This document shows positions 18,531 through 64,000 of a DNA stretch of 64,000 nucleotides, one piece after another. The notes under the pieces are model-generated. The model was not told the DNA's origin. It made no database searches and saw nothing but the letters and a program-made list of their open reading frames with translations. Position numbers and translations under genes: made by a program. Origin of the DNA: the human T2T-CHM13v2.0 reference genome, Homo sapiens; the NCBI RefSeq assembly GCF_009914755.1, contig NC_060925.1. The stretch is one strand, 5' to 3'. Within the stretch, counting starts at the first letter, position 1; each line of letters opens with the position of its first letter.

Positions 18531-20307
18531 TAAAGAAAATTGAGGCCTGCCCCAGCTCCAGGATGACTGCACTTGAGTCAGGAAGGAGGAGGGGGACTTG
18601 TACGGTGCCTGCAGTGTCTGTCCCTTTGATCAGGAACACCAAGAGCCTACCAAGGTGCCCCAGCAGATGTTGGCTTATTTCTCTTTGACTAGAATTGTGT
18701 CCCGTGGCTACCGCCAGCTACAGGAGAACCCGGGAAAGTGAGTATTTAACATCCCAGTCTCTAGAGTGGAGGCAGCAATGGGGAATCGCTGGGAATATCT
18801 ATTAGGTTAGCTGATAAACTAACATTTCATTTCCATTTTACTTCTTTCAGGCTGGTGGGTTTATGGGTGTTTTTACTTTTCTTCTTTATTTTTTCTGTCT
18901 CATGTAATTTTTCTACAACAAGCATTTCTAATTTCTGTTGTTGAAAAAATATGACAGATACTGCTTTAAAAATCCTTTGTGAGGTTGTGGGCTTTCATTT
19001 CTGGAAGCGTTCATACTATCATCAGTCAAAATTGTGGAGAAGGAAGGAACTGTTGAATTCTGTGGGGGTTGGATTGACACCTCTCTCTTTCCCAGTAGAC
19101 TATGACATCCCCAGGGAATGGGTGGGTGGGGAAATCTATGATTTGTTTAGCTCCTGTCAGGTACTGTGCTAGTTACTTGGCAAGCAAGCATCGTCTCATC
19201 TAATTCTCATAGCAGCCTTCCTTTTACAGACAAGAGGAAGACAGGCTAAATAACTTAATCAGGTCATACATTGGGTGAAAGGAAGCTGGATCTCAGCACC
19301 AGGCTTTAATTTTGTAGGTTCCTGAGACATAGTAATCTCAATAAAGTGTGTGTTGAATGAATGTGGAGTCAATGAATCCCTTGGATGTGTAAGTTTTTTA
19401 AAGAAAACTGCAGCGGTTCCGTGATAATTATTTCTTGTAGAGCACCCATTCATTTTAACTTGCGCAATTGAAAAATAACAGGCTGTAGTAAATTGCCTGC
19501 AGGAGAGGAACTCTGTGCACACTTTCCTGTATCTAAAATCCTTGCCTAATTGCCGGATGTAAATAATGAGTATGACTCCTGTATGAAAAGACAGCCGAAG
19601 ATTTGTTTCTCATGAGGTCTCTGAAGTTTTTTATTATGAAAAAAATCCAAATATATTCAAACAGAGAGAGAATGGTAGTATGAACTCCAAGGTACGCATC
19701 ACCCAGCTTCAAGAAGCATCACTATTTTGCTAACTTTTCCATTTGTCTCCCCGCTCCCACTTTTTTTTATTAGACTAAAGTACTTTAAAGCAAACCCAAA
19801 GACTAATTTCACCATGAAACATTTGATATTTATTCCAATATTTATTTTATTCCAATATTTATAATTGGAATAAAAGGGATTTTGTGTGGCCCTGCATTTT
19901 TCTTTCTTTAGATCTGCAAGTACAGGAAGCGATGATGTAAAAATCGTCCCAGGGCACGTGGACTTCTGGAGGCCCAGGTGAAAAGAGGCATATTCCTCAC
20001 AGGCTATGCAATTTGTTTTTCCCTTAGCTCCTCTGGCTCCAGCCGTAATACTTTCCTCAAATGCTGAAAATTAAATATCTGGCCTCTCTTAGCTAGATTT
20101 CTGGGGAGTGCTTCTTTTGAGACTATTTTTGGCATGAAAATATCACTCAAGTTGCTTGAAGTTATTTGGAATTTTTGAAGTATGAAAAGCATCTCACTAG
20201 AGCCATGGTTGAGGCTGAGTGGGTAGAGTTACTTATTACACAGGCTATCATTTCCCATCCAGCTTCTTGCTTTCTGTGCCCATCTGTTTAATGGTTCTAA
20301 TGCTTTA

Positions 20308-22147
<1,840 letters not shown>

Positions 22148-23759
22148 CATAAAGTGTTTGCCGAGACCTAATCATAGACTCTAGAGTGCTTCTCCTCCCT
22201 CACACCTCACTGTCACATCACTAAAGGCCCATTTACAACAGTTCCTTTTTATGCCATGCCTGCCTTTTAACAATGAATTACAAGGCATACTAAAAGGTAA
22301 AACACACGGAAGAGACAGAGCAAACATTAAAACCAGACTGAGATATGCCAAGCATATTGGAATTATTAGGCCCAGATTTTTTTTTTAAATTTTTGAGGTG
22401 GGGTCTCACTCTGTTGCCCAGGTGGGAAGTTCAGTGGTGCCATCACGGCTCACTGCAGCCTCGACCTCCTGGGCCCAAGCAATTCTCCCATCTCAGCCTC
22501 CCAAGCATCTGAGACCACAGGCACATGTCACCATGCCTGGCTAGTTTTTCTTTATTATTTGTTGAGAAAGGGTCTCGCCATGCTTTCCAGGCTGGTCTTG
22601 AACTCCTAGGCTAAAGTGATCCTCCTGCCTTGGCCTCCCAAAACGCTGGGATTACAGGCATGAGCCACCACACCCAGCCAGACCAGGAATTTTAAAAAAT
22701 TATGATTCATATGTTAAGGACTCCAACGCACTAGACCAGGGACTGGCTTCTGCCCCCAAACTGGCTTGTCAGCAATCACAAAGCTCACAACATCTCCAGC
22801 CCCATGAAGCGCAGCTTGTAGCTTCTTACAGTGCAAGTGCAGTTTGCACAAACAGGGATGCTCATATCATGTTCCACCAAGGCCAACAGGCTTTCCTATG
22901 TCATTGAAATTTGTGACATATTTTCATTGACACACCAAAGAAGCCAAGACTTTCCTCTGATGTTGGAAGTGTTAAGAGTGGGAGGATGGGCTAGGATGAT
23001 GTCTTTTTGTTTACTACATATTCATAGGAAGAGAAAAGCAAAAGAGGATGAAGTTCTGGGAAGTAATAAAATAATCTGTCTGGGCAGGGAGGCTCATGCC
23101 TCTAATCTCAGCACTTTGGGAGGCCAAGGCAGGTAGATCCGCTTGAGCTCATGAGTTCGAGTAACATGGTGAAACTCCATATCTACAAAACATACAAAAA
23201 TTAGCCAGGTGTAGTGGTGTGTAGTCTCTGATACTCAGGAGGTTGAGGCGGGAGGATCATTTGAGCCTGGGAGGCAGAAGTTGTAGTGAGCAGAGATGGT
23301 GCCACTGCACTCCAGCCTGGGCAATTGAGCCAGGCCTTGTCTCAAAAACAAAACAAAATAAAACAAAAACTTAGTGTTCATTGGAAGGACCCTCAAAATG
23401 ATCTTCCAGCCTTCTGGTTTTACAGATGGGAAACTGAGGCCCAGAAAAGGAAAAGTATTGTGCAAGACCACACAGCCAGTGGATGGTAGAGGGGTGCTTC
23501 AAACCAGCGGTGTTTGCCTCCAAGATCTGCGTGATTCCCCAAACTCCAGTCAGGTCTCCCTGGTCCCCGCTGCTCCCTGCAGAGGTCTCATCAAACGCCT
23601 GGTCTGCCTGCACCATGCAGCCTGGAAGGTGAGCCGCTGGGGGATATGTTACCCACCACGTCTTGATACGTGCAGAGGTGGGGTATGTAGGGGTGACTCA
23701 CTTTATCATTCAGTTCAGAAGCCATTGCAGAAATCAGAGGCAGGTGTTACTTTGTGGTG

Positions 23760-25077
23760 TTGGGAGTATAGATTATGTTTATTTTCTCTATAATTTCCAG
23801 GGTTTTCCAAAATTTTACAACAAACATCTATAATTTTATGAACACTCCCCATCTTATTTTTAAAAAGAAAAAAGTTGGGGGGCAGAGAAATGCCCAGCTC
23901 AGTACTGAGATCCATCAAGTGAGGCCAGCCGGTATCTGTCACACCAGGCAGAGGCCCCGTGCTGGAAGCCCTGGAGGTTACCAGCTCCAAGCCTGGTATC
24001 CAAGGCCTCCTGGGCAGCCTTAGCCTCCTCCTTCCCTTTCCTCCCACCAGACCCTGCTCCTGGGATGTCCTTCTCCCATTACCACCACAAAATCGGACTA
24101 ATTTTTCAGGGCCCAACACCAATTCTGCTAATTTTTTTTTGGCTCAATCTTGGCTCATCACAACCTCCGCCTCCCAGGTTCAACGGATTCTCCCACCTCG
24201 GCCTTCTGAATAGCCGGGATTACAGGCACCTGCCACCACGCCTGGCTAATTTTTGTATTTTTAGTAGAGACCGGGTTTCGTCATGTTGGCCAGGCTGGTC
24301 TAAAACTCCTGACCTCAGGTGATCTGCCCGCCTTGGCCTCCCAAACTACTGGGATTACAGGCGTGAGCCACCTCGCCCAGCCTGGATGAAGGTGTTTTCA
24401 AAGCCCTACCTCCCCCTGTTGGGACGACCCTCTGTCTCCCTCCTTGGACCACTGGCGGCACTTTCCTTGGACCTGCTTTATAATCTTTATCATGTCCTGC
24501 CTTGTCCTGGAGTTGTTTGCGCCCAGGTCTGTTTCTCCCACTGGACTGAGGCCTCTTTGCAAGCAGAACCTGCTTATCAGCTGCCTTTGTGTTCCCAGCT
24601 CCATCCTCAGCCTCCCACATGCTAGACTTCAGGTGTCTGTTGAACTTACATGAATTGAAACTATGGGATCCTAAAAGAGGGGTGCGATGTATCAGTTTAT
24701 GGCAGGGCTCATGGCCCTTGGCACTTTTGACATCTGGGGTCGGATAATTCTATGTGGTGGGAGCTGCAGTGTTTAGCAGCGTACCTGACCTCTACCTATC
24801 AGATGCCAGTACTGTTAGATAGCCCCAGTGCATCCGGGTCTCCTACTCCAGGTCCAGGGTTCATCCCGCTCTCCTGGAAGCCACTCAGGACCCCAGAAAG
24901 ATCTTTGCTTCTCCACTTTGGTGCATCCGCTCCACCCCCACCCTCACATCCTGGGTTCTATCTTGTCCCCTTTCCTTCTGCCCCACCCCTGTAGCCTGTG
25001 CCAGGCTGTGACCCTGGTACAGGTTGTCCCTACTGGTCCATGCAGACTAGACTCAGACTGTGCCTGGACACACGCTG
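23760..25077 (-). other. MYOM3: MYOM3 3' UTR (contains Alu 24132-24382 and a MER20-like fragment ~24700-24830)
   Basis: Lies between the TGA stop (25078-25080) and the AATAAA; the 3' end is inferred. Confidence 0.7.
23778..23783 (-). terminator. MYOM3: Likely MYOM3 polyadenylation signal AATAAA
   Basis: tttatt on plus, ~1.3 kb past the stop codon; cleavage expected near 23760. Confidence 0.7.
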
Positions 25078-63199
<38,122 letters not shown>

Positions 63200-64000
63200 C
63201 TGAAAAACCAAAGGCAAACAGAGTTGGAGAAGGTTCAGAGCCCACATTCCTATGCTATTTTGGGGACATGGGCTTTGGATATGAGTTTGAGTCCTGGTCT
63301 GTTGGTGGCTTCCCCTTGTGGCTTTGGGAAAGTTCTTTTACCTCTCTGTGCCTCAGTTTCTTCAGCAGTAAAATGGGACAGTAATTCCTACCTGGAGCAA
63401 GGAACGAGCGGGTTCACATGAATCAAGCCACCAGCCATAGCCTGACACATGGCAGGTTCTCAATACATGCTGGTTTCCTTTCCCTACCCAAACTTGCCCC
63501 CAGGATTATGCACTGTCTTCACAGCGGTCAAGCCCGCTCAGAGGCGCGGGGATTTCTGGTGGGATCAGGGAGAGTGGTGGGGGAGGGGCAGCACTGAGAG
63601 GCATCCAGGGGCTGAAGGGTGAAATCCAAGGTAATGTTGCCACAGACCACCAGAGAATAGTAACAGCAGCTCTCACTCACACAGTGCTCGCCCCATGCTC
63701 TGAGGATTGAACGAGCCAATTAAACACATAAACACATTGACTCATTCTATCTTCACAACAGCCCTGTCAGTTGGTACTATTATTATCCTCTCAAACAGAA
63801 GAGAAAACTGAGGCACAGCCGTCCAGACAACACCCCAGCAGCCTGAAGCTATGACATGACACTGGTCCCTGGAAAGGCCCTTCCTGAGCAAGGTCCAGAG
63901 AAGGGCAGGAGGCTGCCCGAGATCACACAGGTCAGTGGAAGAGTCAGGATTGGAACTCAGGGCTCCTGTCCCCCAGGCCACTAAAATCACCCAAGTGGCT

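Overview
Human/hominid genomic DNA (SVA, AluYa5, dense Alu/L1/MIR/L2/MaLR). Positions ~23,760-64,000 hold the 3' portion of MYOM3 (myomesin-3, sarcomeric M-band Ig/FN3 protein) on the minus strand. I reconstructed 30 coding exons by hand (3,569 nt; all junction phases consistent, no internal stops), plus a ~1.3 kb 3' UTR ending at an AATAAA at 23778-23783. The gene's 5' part lies beyond the right edge. Exon numbers 8-37 rest on my recollection of a 37-exon, 1437-aa gene. Positions 1-23,700 contain no recognisable gene and are saturated with repeats. Nearly all ORF-track entries are Alu or simple-repeat artefacts. Most notable: two consecutive GC-AG introns; inter-domain helical linkers each on their own frame-symmetric mini-exon; a 185-bp inverted templated insertion inside an Alu; inverted Alus sharing private variants; a four-level nested TE; a young AluYa5; and an LTR-derived plus-strand terminal exon antisense to MYOM3. 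I found no evidence for a wholly new gene system. Repeat family names come from recalled consensus sequences and repeat boundaries are approximate.
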